From the NCBI RefSeq assembly GCF_000018465.1, contig NC_010085.1, positions 1,020,001 to 1,052,000 on the forward strand: a DNA stretch of 32,000 nucleotides. The letters are read 5' to 3'. Positions 9,839 to 17,920 of this stretch are shown here, piece by piece. Position 1 is the stretch's first letter, and each line of letters starts with the position of its first letter. The position numbers and the translations under genes were made by a program. Below the pieces are notes generated by a model. That model searched no databases, had not been told where the DNA came from, and was given only the letters and a program-made list of their open reading frames with translations. Source of the stretch: Nitrosopumilus maritimus SCM1 (GTDB taxonomy: Archaea > Thermoproteota > Nitrososphaeria > Nitrososphaerales > Nitrosopumilaceae).

Positions 9839-10519
9839 ATGACTAAAAAAATTCCTTCAGACAAAGAAATTTTAGATGATATGATAGATGTATTTGATCC
9901 TACATTACCAGTATTTACTCCGCTCTCTATTGTTTTAGCTGGCCTAGCTAGTCAAAAGTCTCCTTTACACGAAATTCCTGAACCTGACAAATGGAAAGAA
10001 AAGGCGAAAAGAGGATTGGGATTAACAGTTGTCAAACAAGGAAAGTTAACAGCTACTAGAGAAGGCAATTGTGTTGTAAGACGAGGAACTCACATTTTCA
10101 AGCACAGATTACATTCCATATGTGAGCCTCACAGTACTGTGATTATTGTTGAAAAATCATCTTCAGAACCTGCAGGAGGAGGAGCAACAATACTAGGAAG
10201 TGGAGGCAGTGTCACTACTGCAAATACCATTTACCGAGTTGCAAAATACGACATTGGTACATTATACAGATATGAGTTTAGAGTAACAATTAAAGTAAAA
10301 TTAACAGTGTGTCCAGGCCAAGAGCCAACAAGCAAAAAAGAAGTTGTTGGTGGAGGCTGGTTCTTGGCAGGTGTTGTCTCACAGTCTATTTGTAAAAGAG
10401 AAATCATCGCTGATGGAATTGACAACCCAAATGACGCTAAGAAAGTTGCAGATAATAGTGCACCTAAGGGTTCGGGCATTAAAAGATCTCATTCAGGTCT
10501 TGGCTTAAAAGATCAATGA
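9839..10519 (+). CDS. Hypothetical protein
   Basis: 226 aa ORF with no signal peptide and a Gly/Ser segment; preceded by a TTTACANNTGTAAA palindrome. Confidence 0.65.
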   Translation: MTKKIPSDKEILDDMIDVFDPTLPVFTPLSIVLAGLASQKSPLHEIPEPDKWKEKAKRGLGLTVVKQGKLTATREGNCVVRRGTHIFKHRLHSICEPHSTVIIVEKSSSEPAGGGATILGSGGSVTTANTIYRVAKYDIGTLYRYEFRVTIKVKLTVCPGQEPTSKKEVVGGGWFLAGVVSQSICKREIIADGIDNPNDAKKVADNSAPKGSGIKRSHSGLGLKDQ

Positions 10520-10586
10520 TCTAGTTTTACATTTATGAGAAGACAGTGTAATTTTACATAATCTCAATTAGATTGTGCAAATGAAT

Positions 10587-11531
10587 CTAATTGCACAAAG
10601 CATCTTTCAAATTAATGAGATTATTATCCATTCTTTCCATAAAGGTGCCATCTTCATCTCCAAACTCTAACGGAGACAACATCAGTACTTTGCTGCCAAT
10701 CTCATCAGCAATTACTTGAGACATTTTTGGATTTACTCCCTCTTCAGTAAATATGACATTGGCATTCAAGATTCTTGCCAAATCAATTACTTCCTGAATA
10801 TCCTGCGGACTGGGTTCGCTTAGAGGATCAATTGACTTTAAGACAGTATGTTGATTCAATCCATATTCTTGGGCAAAATATGAAAATGCATCATGAAATG
10901 CAAAGAAATCTTTCTTGCTGCATTGCGCCAATTCATTTCTGATTTTTTTATCCATAGAATCAAGCTCAAGTTTGTATGCATCAGCGTTATTTTGATAATA
11001 AATTTTATTTTGAGGATCGAATTCTATTAGCGCATCAGCAATATTTTGCACTTGTGTTTTAATTGTTATTGGATTAAGCCAGATATGAGGATCTGTCGTA
11101 AGTTCTTTTGATTTTGCACTAATTTGCAATCGGTAATCGGATTCAATATAGATTGGGTCTATACCGTTGCTAGTATCGATTACATTTACATCAGAATTGA
11201 TTTCAGCAACATCATCAATCCAAGTTTCAAATCCAAGACCATTAATTATTATCAGATCTGTTTCTTGTATTCTTTGAAGATCTTTTACTTGCGGCTCCCA
11301 ATCATGAGGCTCCGCTCCAGGATTAACTAATAATGAAACATTCACTTTATCTTTGCCCACTTTTTTTGTAAACTCCTCAATGGGATAAAATGAGGCCAAT
11401 ACATTGATTTTTTGTATTTCTAAATCAGAGTCAGGTAGTTCTGCAGGAGAGTCAACATTCCATAAAGCAAACGACATAACAGGAACAATCACTCCAAATG
11501 CGACAAGTATTATTTTGATTTGATTATTCAC
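10587..11531 (-). CDS. Zn/Mn-type ABC transporter substrate-binding protein (ZnuA/TroA family)
   Basis: ASFYPIEEFTKKVGKDKVNVSLLVNPGAEPHDWEPQ, NGLGFETWIDD, DPHIWLNPITIK, HDAFSYFAQEYGL, IFTEEGVNPKMSQVIADEIG: conserved His/Asp metal-binding scaffold. Confidence 0.93.
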   Translation of the reverse strand: MNNQIKIILVAFGVIVPVMSFALWNVDSPAELPDSDLEIQKINVLASFYPIEEFTKKVGKDKVNVSLLVNPGAEPHDWEPQVKDLQRIQETDLIIINGLGFETWIDDVAEINSDVNVIDTSNGIDPIYIESDYRLQISAKSKELTTDPHIWLNPITIKTQVQNIADALIEFDPQNKIYYQNNADAYKLELDSMDKKIRNELAQCSKKDFFAFHDAFSYFAQEYGLNQHTVLKSIDPLSEPSPQDIQEVIDLARILNANVIFTEEGVNPKMSQVIADEIGSKVLMLSPLEFGDEDGTFMERMDNNLINLKDALCN

Positions 11532-11569
11532 CTTGATTCAATAAAAAATAACATATTTAATTACGAGAC

Positions 11570-11583
11570 ATTACATTTGTAAA
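11570..11583 (-). promoter_or_regulatory. ATTACATTTGTAAA site upstream of the ZnuA-like gene
   Basis: 11/12 match; minus-strand 9-bp spacer GTCTCGTAA then TTAAATATG. Confidence 0.75.
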
Positions 11584-11641
11584 ATTCCATTACTAAAATA
11601 ACATCGTAGTTCATGGCGTCTTTTTTTCAAATATGAAATAA

Positions 11642-11776
11642 CTATTTTGTAGAGTTTGACTTTTGATGTAATTTACATTTTTTTGAATTTTTATGCCTTT
11701 GTTTGAAATATTTTTCACCCATAGAATAACCACATTCAGGACAAGTAATCTTTTTGATTTTTTTATATATCGCCAT
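11642..11776 (-). CDS. Small putative zinc-finger protein (absent from ORF track)
   Basis: Hand translation of minus strand: MAIYKKIKKITCPECGYSMGEKYFKQRHKNSKKCKLHQKSNSTK* (44 aa), C-x2-C...C-x2-H spacing. Confidence 0.5.
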   Translation of the reverse strand: MAIYKKIKKITCPECGYSMGEKYFKQRHKNSKKCKLHQKSNSTK

Positions 11777-11845
11777 AAGATTGGATACATGTATTCATTT
11801 TTTCGTTCATGAAATAATTTCCTAAATCATGTAGTAGATAAAAAA

Positions 11846-13105
11846 CTAAATTCTCTTTTTGATTTGCCATACAACAACAGCAGGTGCTGCAATATACATT
11901 GCCAAGTTAAGTGCAATAACAGATATTCCCAATCCTAAAACTTCTGCTTCTGAACCATCTTCAGCCAATGTCATAATAGACAATGTTGAAATCATTGGTG
12001 TGATGAATGCTCGTACAGATTCTTTAAACATTGGGTTTTCTCGTTCCAGATCAGCAATTGTTGGTGAGAATGAATAATACAATTGGTTAAAACCAGTCAT
12101 AAAGGATGCACCAGATGCCGTACTCATTACAGTGTTATCTCGAATTTCTCTTAAGAATTGAACTTGTGGTGCCAGTTCTGTTCCATATGCTGCTGTTGCA
12201 ATCAAACACCCACCACCACTAGACTCTGCTTCATCAGATGTTGTTTCCATCACAGAATCATCTGCCATCATAGTTTCTTGTTCCATCATAGAGTCATCTT
12301 TCATCATGTCTTCTTCCATCATAGATTTTTGTGGAGGGATTTCTTCATAATCAATTTGAACGTCAACTACGAACTGATTTGTATTAAAAGTATGAACGGC
12401 TAGAGCATTTCCAGAAAAATCCCATTCGCCAGAAGAAGATTCTTGATCAACTAGGGTCAACTCAAATTTAGTCTTACCGTCAGGAGTCCAAATTTTTCCA
12501 GCAGTTTCATCAGATCCAAGTGGACCCCTCAAACTTACAAGTTGAATAGGTTCAGATGCATCATATCTTAATGTTCCAGCATAGGTATTCTCGCTTGGAG
12601 CCAACAAAATTGCTAGTTGATGCTCTTCATGGCCAACGCCAGGATCTTGCATTGATTCAAATCTGTCCCAACCAAACATTTCAGCCTTCATGGGTTGCTC
12701 CATCACATCATCCTCCTCTGCAGATACTTCTTGAACAATTATTGTTCCCAACATCCAAGGATGAACCATACAATAATAATCATATTCACCAACTTCATCT
12801 GGACTCCATTCAAATGAATTTCCAGTCATCAACAAACTACTATCAAAGATACCATCAGGTCCATCTTCAGGATTTCCTGAAGTGTATGTGTGTCCTGCAG
12901 TGTCAGTGTTTGACATGATTACAACACCGCCAACATCAACTGTTGCAGTACTTGGAATGTAACATCCATCTGCAGTTTTTTCACAACCAGGTGAGCCAGA
13001 ACCATCTGCAGGTACAACTGTAACTTCTGAATGATCTGCAAAAGCAGGAGATAAAGAAATGATACTAAACAACATTAAAACTGAAAAGATTGCTAGCGTT
13101 TTCAC
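11846..13105 (-). CDS. Secreted cupredoxin with Met-rich linker and C-terminal CFI-box/transmembrane domain; GTG start proposed at 13105 (ORF track start is 13210)
   Basis: Signal peptide VKTLAIFSVLMLFSIISLSPAFA; cupredoxin site GHTYTSG...YDYYCMVHPWMLGTIIV; Met-rich SMMEEDMMKDDSMMEQETMM; C-terminal GGGCLIATAAYGTELAPQVQFLREIRDN and TM helix. Confidence 0.9.
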   Translation of the reverse strand: MKTLAIFSVLMLFSIISLSPAFADHSEVTVVPADGSGSPGCEKTADGCYIPSTATVDVGGVVIMSNTDTAGHTYTSGNPEDGPDGIFDSSLLMTGNSFEWSPDEVGEYDYYCMVHPWMLGTIIVQEVSAEEDDVMEQPMKAEMFGWDRFESMQDPGVGHEEHQLAILLAPSENTYAGTLRYDASEPIQLVSLRGPLGSDETAGKIWTPDGKTKFELTLVDQESSSGEWDFSGNALAVHTFNTNQFVVDVQIDYEEIPPQKSMMEEDMMKDDSMMEQETMMADDSVMETTSDEAESSGGGCLIATAAYGTELAPQVQFLREIRDNTVMSTASGASFMTGFNQLYYSFSPTIADLERENPMFKESVRAFITPMISTLSIMTLAEDGSEAEVLGLGISVIALNLAMYIAAPAVVVWQIKKRI

Positions 13106-13157
13106 AAGGTGTTGTAAATTATTACAACATAAAAACTTTAAATTTTTTTCAAGCAAC

Positions 13158-13171
13158 TTTACATTTGTAAA
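13158..13171 (-). promoter_or_regulatory. TTTACATTTGTAAA palindrome upstream of CFI-box cupredoxin
   Basis: Full match; lies inside the ORF-track call but 52 bp upstream of the proposed GTG start. Confidence 0.75.
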
Positions 13172-13352
13172 ATTTGCAGAGGATTTCTCCTCTACAAATA
13201 ACGAAGACATATAGCATAAAGCTATACTGACATACTGTAATCATAATCAAATATAAAATTTCATTGAGAAAAACAATCTTAAAAAAAATCAAAAAGAAAA
13301 AACATTCAAGTTTGTTTAACACATGTAAATAAAAATTAAAACTCATTAACAG

Positions 13353-13366
13353 TTTACAATTGTAAA
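13353..13366. promoter_or_regulatory. TTTACAATTGTAAA palindrome with no clear target gene
   Basis: Full match in the 13211-13564 intergenic region. Confidence 0.6.
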
Positions 13367-13564
13367 GAGTTCTACAACAATCAACAGTTATGTTTTGAAA
13401 AGAATTGTATTTTAATTCAGTGTGGAAAATAGATTTTTTCTTTTAAAGATTAACTTTGTTGGTAGAACATATTTTTTAAATTAAAATGAAATAGTGACAA
13501 GTTACATTCTAAAACAGATATTGTGCATGTTTAACAAAAATTATTCAATAAAATTTCCAGTACT

Positions 13565-14743
13565 CTAAACTAGAATACTTGTCAGATACATTACAAGCAT
13601 TCCTACTGCAAATCCAGATGCTACAGATGCACTGGAGAGATTTTTGTCACCTTCTTCTCGAATCCATTTTAGAACAGTAATAATGACTTGAAATATTGCG
13701 CCTGCGCCAACAGACAAAAAGACAACAGAGGTAAATGGAGAATATACAAATCCGCCAATCCAAGCGCCAAAAATTGCAGGTGCACCTGCAATCATGCCCA
13801 TTGCAGCAAGTTTCCCAATCATCAATTTTCCTCTAGACATAGGTGCAGCAATTGCAATTCCTTCAGTAGTATTATGAAGAGCAAATCCAACAATCAAAAA
13901 TGTACTAAATGCAATAGAACCCAAGCCTACTGCAGCACCTATTGCTAGTCCTTCACCAAAGTTATGTAGTCCTATTCCAATAGAAATCATCAAAGCAATT
14001 GCAACAGGTTTTGCAAGTTTTGAAGAACTTGCTCTTTGAACTAATTTTTCTCCAGTATAATACAATCCAAGAAATGAAAATGTGATAACAGTAGCAATAA
14101 GCAACATGCCATTAAAGCTACCAGCAAGATTTTCTTGAGAAACTTCTACTGCCTCCTCAATAGAATCAATTCCCAAAAATAACAACAATCCTGCAGTCAA
14201 TGCCAAAAAAAAGTGGTATTTCTGCTTGCTAATTTTTTTGATAAAGGGTAACCAAAGTAAACCGATCATCACAGGGATAATTCCAACATAAGTTCCAATA
14301 ATAGCAAAAAATGCAGCGAGTTCAATTGTTGGTTCTAATGCAGGAGCCGCAGCTTCAATCTCTTTTTCAAATCTAGTTCCATCTTCAATGGTGATTCCTA
14401 CAATGTAAGGCTCTGCTTCATTCCATTCAAAAGGAATTCTTACCAAAGCTGTCTCATACCTGTTTAGATATCTATCAGGTTCGACTGCAGCAGGTTGTAT
14501 CCTGTCATTAACATCGGCCATTGCAACTTCAACTGGAATTGGTCCAGTATTTCTGACTGTGATTTGTATTTCAGATTCTACAAAATCTACCCTCTCCATT
14601 GTAATTTCAGGTAAAGGTATTCCCAAATCAAGCAGGTCTGCACCAGGACCAAAAATGTATGCAATCATAATTACCAAAAATGCAAATGGGATAATGCCAC
14701 TTGCAACTATCTTTACTTTGGATGATTTGTTACTAAGTTCCAT
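13565..14743 (-). CDS. ZIP-family divalent metal transporter with N-terminal extracytoplasmic beta-sandwich-like domain
   Basis: MLIATVITFSFLGLYYTGEKL, GLHNFGEGLAIGAAVGLG, GFALHNTTEGIAIAAPM (HNxxEG x2) are ZIP TM4/5 motifs; N-terminal about 110 aa after the first TM resembles ITVRNTGPIPVEV-type domains. Confidence 0.9.
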   Translation of the reverse strand: MELSNKSSKVKIVASGIIPFAFLVIMIAYIFGPGADLLDLGIPLPEITMERVDFVESEIQITVRNTGPIPVEVAMADVNDRIQPAAVEPDRYLNRYETALVRIPFEWNEAEPYIVGITIEDGTRFEKEIEAAAPALEPTIELAAFFAIIGTYVGIIPVMIGLLWLPFIKKISKQKYHFFLALTAGLLLFLGIDSIEEAVEVSQENLAGSFNGMLLIATVITFSFLGLYYTGEKLVQRASSSKLAKPVAIALMISIGIGLHNFGEGLAIGAAVGLGSIAFSTFLIVGFALHNTTEGIAIAAPMSRGKLMIGKLAAMGMIAGAPAIFGAWIGGFVYSPFTSVVFLSVGAGAIFQVIITVLKWIREEGDKNLSSASVASGFAVGMLVMYLTSILV

Positions 14744-15791
14744 ATCCCTCGGAGTCTACATTATTTTCATCTTCATTTACCATGAATATTCCAACCCATC
14801 CTTTTTCAGAAAATTCCACTTTGTGCGCATGGAAAAGGTATTTTCCAGGATATTCATATTCAAATTCCATAATTCCACGCTCAGTCTGAGACAGTGTTAT
14901 CATGTCCGTGTAAAATGACGGCACAATGTCAGTTCCTGTCGGATAATATTTGTACAGATTTCCATGTAAGTGAAGATTGTTTATAGGATCAAATTCCACC
15001 ATGTTGACAACATAAACTCGAATCAATTCATTGGCATTGATTTGAATTGGATGATGTTGATAATAGAATGGAATGGTATTTGCAGCATAGAAATTATTTT
15101 CAGTGTCAAAATCAGTATCAAGACCGTTTAGAACCATAACCATTTCATCAGCTGGTGGACGTTCTTCTTTGGGATCTACAATGAATACTCCATACAAACC
15201 ATGAACAATGTGTTCTTCAAGTGGCATTACATGGCAGTGATAAGGATGAACGCCCACAGGACCTGCTTCAAACTCATAAACGAATTGTCCCCCGTTTCCA
15301 CCTACAGGTTCAAAAACACCATCCATTCCAGCAGGATGAATTCCATGAAAATGCATCGTGTGTTCTTTTTCTCCGTTATTGATGAACTTGATTCGAACAA
15401 CATCTCCTTCTGTTGCTCTTATTGTTGGTCCTGGAACTGTTCCATTAAATGTCCAAACATTGTAAAATATTCCAGGCGATACTTCCATTATTTCATCATC
15501 ATTAGCAATTATCGTGTATTCGCGCAGAGTTGTGCCATCATCTAATTGTAAAATACGACCATAATTGAAATCTCGCAGATATTCCATAGGATCAAACTCT
15601 ACTGTTGCACTAGTATACAGAGGATCCAGTACTTCTCCAGTTGTTTTTACCACAGCGCCAGTATGTGTGACAAAAGTATTCTCTTCTTGTTGAGCATCAA
15701 TTCCCTCAGGAAATGCGGTAAAGAGTACAGAGATGGTTCCAACTGCAATTAGTAATATCAACATAATTCCTGAACGTGATTTTATCATCAA
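14733..15791 (-). CDS. Two-domain multicopper oxidase (nitrite-reductase/small-laccase-like)
   Basis: EHTMHFHGIHP, GVHPYHCHVMPLEEHIVHGLYG, FDPINNLHLHGNLYKYY, GKYLFHAHKVEFSEKGWVGIF copper-ligand motifs; ends inside the start of the ZIP gene (11-bp overlap), so likely co-transcribed. Confidence 0.93.
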   Translation of the reverse strand: MMIKSRSGIMLILLIAVGTISVLFTAFPEGIDAQQEENTFVTHTGAVVKTTGEVLDPLYTSATVEFDPMEYLRDFNYGRILQLDDGTTLREYTIIANDDEIMEVSPGIFYNVWTFNGTVPGPTIRATEGDVVRIKFINNGEKEHTMHFHGIHPAGMDGVFEPVGGNGGQFVYEFEAGPVGVHPYHCHVMPLEEHIVHGLYGVFIVDPKEERPPADEMVMVLNGLDTDFDTENNFYAANTIPFYYQHHPIQINANELIRVYVVNMVEFDPINNLHLHGNLYKYYPTGTDIVPSFYTDMITLSQTERGIMEFEYEYPGKYLFHAHKVEFSEKGWVGIFMVNEDENNVDSEGYGT

Positions 15792-15813
15792 AATTACAAA
15801 AAAATCTAATAAT

Positions 15814-15839
15814 ATAAAGTTAGCCTAGGCTAACTTTAT
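15814..15839. promoter_or_regulatory. 26-bp perfect palindrome ATAAAGTTAGCCTAGGCTAACTTTAT, candidate DtxR/MntR-family operator
   Basis: Perfect self-complementarity read from sequence; core GTTAGCCTAGGCTAAC resembles the IdeR/DtxR box (TTAGGTTAGSCTAACCTAA); 23 bp upstream of the MCO start; a DtxR-family gene lies next door. Confidence 0.75.
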
Positions 15840-15936
15840 TAGCTCAAGGCAATATTATTAGCTTGACGCAAATCTAAAAACAATGCCACAAAAATCAAAA
15901 AAATTGAATTTCTGAAATTCAGATTCATAGAAAATT

Positions 15937-16431
15937 TCATTTGTTAAATAAAACAAGTAAATCAGGATTGGATTTTAGAAAAGTGGTAAATTTTCTTAGT
16001 TGTTTCATAGTTTTTGGGTTTATGTGATGCTCTATTCCCTCTGCATCCTTGTTTGCAATGGATCTATCCACTCCAATAATTTCAAAAAAGTTCAACAATT
16101 CACTGTGTTTTTGGCGTATGTCATTTGCAATACTGATTCCTTTGGCAGTTAGTTTTATTCCACGATACTTGGCATATTCCAGACAGCCAGCAGAATCTAA
16201 TTTCTGTAGCATTTTAGTTACGCTAGGTGGACGAACTCCCATATAGTTTGAAATGTCAGTAGGAGATGCGTGTCCTTTTAATTCAACCAATTCATAGATC
16301 ACTTCAAGATAGTCTTCCATAGTTGTAGTAAACGAATTTTTTTGGCTATGTGCTTTTTTGATTGATTCTAGTCTTTTTTCTTTTTTAACAGAAGGTTTCT
16401 CTTTTTGTTTGCCAGTCATTTTATTGCTCAC
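15937..16431 (-). CDS. DtxR/MntR-family metal-dependent transcriptional regulator
   Basis: TTTMEDYLEVIYELVELKGHASPTDISNYMGVRPPSVTKMLQKLDSAGCLEYAKYRGIKLTAKG...ANDIRQKHSELLNFFEIIGVD...AEGIEHHINPKTMKQL. Confidence 0.94.
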   Translation of the reverse strand: MSNKMTGKQKEKPSVKKEKRLESIKKAHSQKNSFTTTMEDYLEVIYELVELKGHASPTDISNYMGVRPPSVTKMLQKLDSAGCLEYAKYRGIKLTAKGISIANDIRQKHSELLNFFEIIGVDRSIANKDAEGIEHHINPKTMKQLRKFTTFLKSNPDLLVLFNK

Positions 16432-16517
16432 AAATTTTTTTCATGTCTAGTTTTTATGTTTTTGAAAATAGTTTTTTTGAAGAAGGATAATGTTTTAATC
16501 AATATATCAACACCGAT

Positions 16518-16739
16518 TTAAACAACTAAGATTCCGCTGATAAAGTCAACAAAAGATATTATCACATGCTCAAAATCATGTAAGAAGAATTCTTCTTGAA
16601 AATTTTCATCATCCATATTATGGGAATGGGAATTCATAAGTTCCGGAGTTGCATGAGGATGAGCCTCAACCATAGAAACCATCCCAATAGCAAATACAAG
16701 AAGGAACAAAAATGTAGGGATAATTAAAGATTTCAACAT
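16518..16739 (-). CDS. Small secreted His/Met-containing protein, possible metal binder
   Basis: 73 aa: signal peptide MLKSLIIPTFLFLLVFAIGMVSMVEA followed by HPHATPELMNSHSHNMDDENF..., faces the 16797 palindrome. Confidence 0.6.
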   Translation of the reverse strand: MLKSLIIPTFLFLLVFAIGMVSMVEAHPHATPELMNSHSHNMDDENFQEEFFLHDFEHVIISFVDFISGILVV

Positions 16740-16796
16740 GTTTTTTTCTTATCAATTACATTTTAACTTTTGAATATTGAATTTGTTTGAATCACA

Positions 16797-16810
16797 TTTA
16801 CAATTGTAAA
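16797..16810. promoter_or_regulatory. TTTACAATTGTAAA between divergent genes 16739(-) and 16866(+)
   Basis: Full match, 57 bp and 55 bp from the two starts. Confidence 0.7.
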
Positions 16811-16865
16811 GTAAAACTTTGTTTCAAAAGCAATTCTTTAATCAAATTAAATGAAACAAAATTAA

Positions 16866-17891
16866 ATGAAAAAAATATCATTTTTCTTAATTCTGTTAAT
16901 TTTTCCTGTTTCAGATATTTTTGCAGAAGAAGATTCAGAAGGGTGGAAAAGATTGGCAGACATGCCAGAAGTAAGGTCAGAGATGGAATCAGCTGCAATT
17001 GATGAAAAGATCTATGTGGTGGGAGGCATAGCCAATACAAATCAAGTATCAAATTCTGTTTTTGTTTTTGATACCAAAGATGAATCATGGAGTACTGGAA
17101 CCCCAATGCCAATAGAATTACATCATGCTGGAACTGCAGCCCATGATGGGAAGCTGTATGTTGTTGGAGGATACATGAAAGGGTGGAGTCCATCAAACGC
17201 ATTACTAATTTATGATTCTGTCAAAGATTCTTGGAGTCAGGGCAAGGATATGCCAACTGCTCGCGGTGCACTGACTGCAGAATTTGTAGACGGCAAGCTG
17301 TATGCAGTTGGAGGATTCAATGAGAATTCCCGTACTGAAAATGAAGTGTATGATCCTGCAGACGACTCTTGGGAGAAAATGGCCCCAATGCCTACAGCCA
17401 GGGAACACCTAGCATCAGCAGTTCTAGACGGACAGTTGTTTGTCATTGGTGGCAGGGCAGGACAGGTAAATTCTGATGCAAACGAAATGTACGACTATAC
17501 CTCAGATACTTGGAAAATATTAGAACCACTTCCAACTGCAAGAAGTGGATTGGCTGCATCTGTTATTAGCGGAGCAGTTTTTGTTTTTGGGGGAGAAAGC
17601 TCACTAAGGACATTTGAAGAAAATGAAGCATACATTCCTGAAGAAGGATGGTTTGCACAGCAACCAATGCCAATACCAAGACATGGCTTAGCATCATCAA
17701 CTGTAGGGGACAACATCTATCTTATTGGCGGGGGAGTAGTTCCAGGTTTTAGCTTTAGTGGAATTACTGAAAAATATCACAACACAGTCGTTCCAGAATT
17801 CGGCGTCTTGTCAATTGTGATTTTGGGAATCTCAACTGTCATGATAATTTTGTTTACAAAGCCTAAATTTCAACACATCATTCAGCAATGA
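16866..17891 (+). CDS. Secreted, membrane-anchored Kelch-repeat beta-propeller protein
   Basis: Signal peptide plus repeated YVVGG/LYVVGGYM/LYAVGGFN/LFVIGGRAG/VFVFGGE/IYLIGGG and W...PMP units; C-terminal TM helix. Confidence 0.9.
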   Translation: MKKISFFLILLIFPVSDIFAEEDSEGWKRLADMPEVRSEMESAAIDEKIYVVGGIANTNQVSNSVFVFDTKDESWSTGTPMPIELHHAGTAAHDGKLYVVGGYMKGWSPSNALLIYDSVKDSWSQGKDMPTARGALTAEFVDGKLYAVGGFNENSRTENEVYDPADDSWEKMAPMPTAREHLASAVLDGQLFVIGGRAGQVNSDANEMYDYTSDTWKILEPLPTARSGLAASVISGAVFVFGGESSLRTFEENEAYIPEEGWFAQQPMPIPRHGLASSTVGDNIYLIGGGVVPGFSFSGITEKYHNTVVPEFGVLSIVILGISTVMIILFTKPKFQHIIQQ

Positions 17892-17920
17892 AGAATCTAA
17901 ATTCACAATCTACTTTCGTT

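Noticed and set aside
13149-13346. 65-aa minus-strand ORF as target gene of the 13353 palindrome
   Set aside because: It starts 7 bp from the palindrome, contains the expected TATA region and the next gene's operator, and has low-complexity composition.
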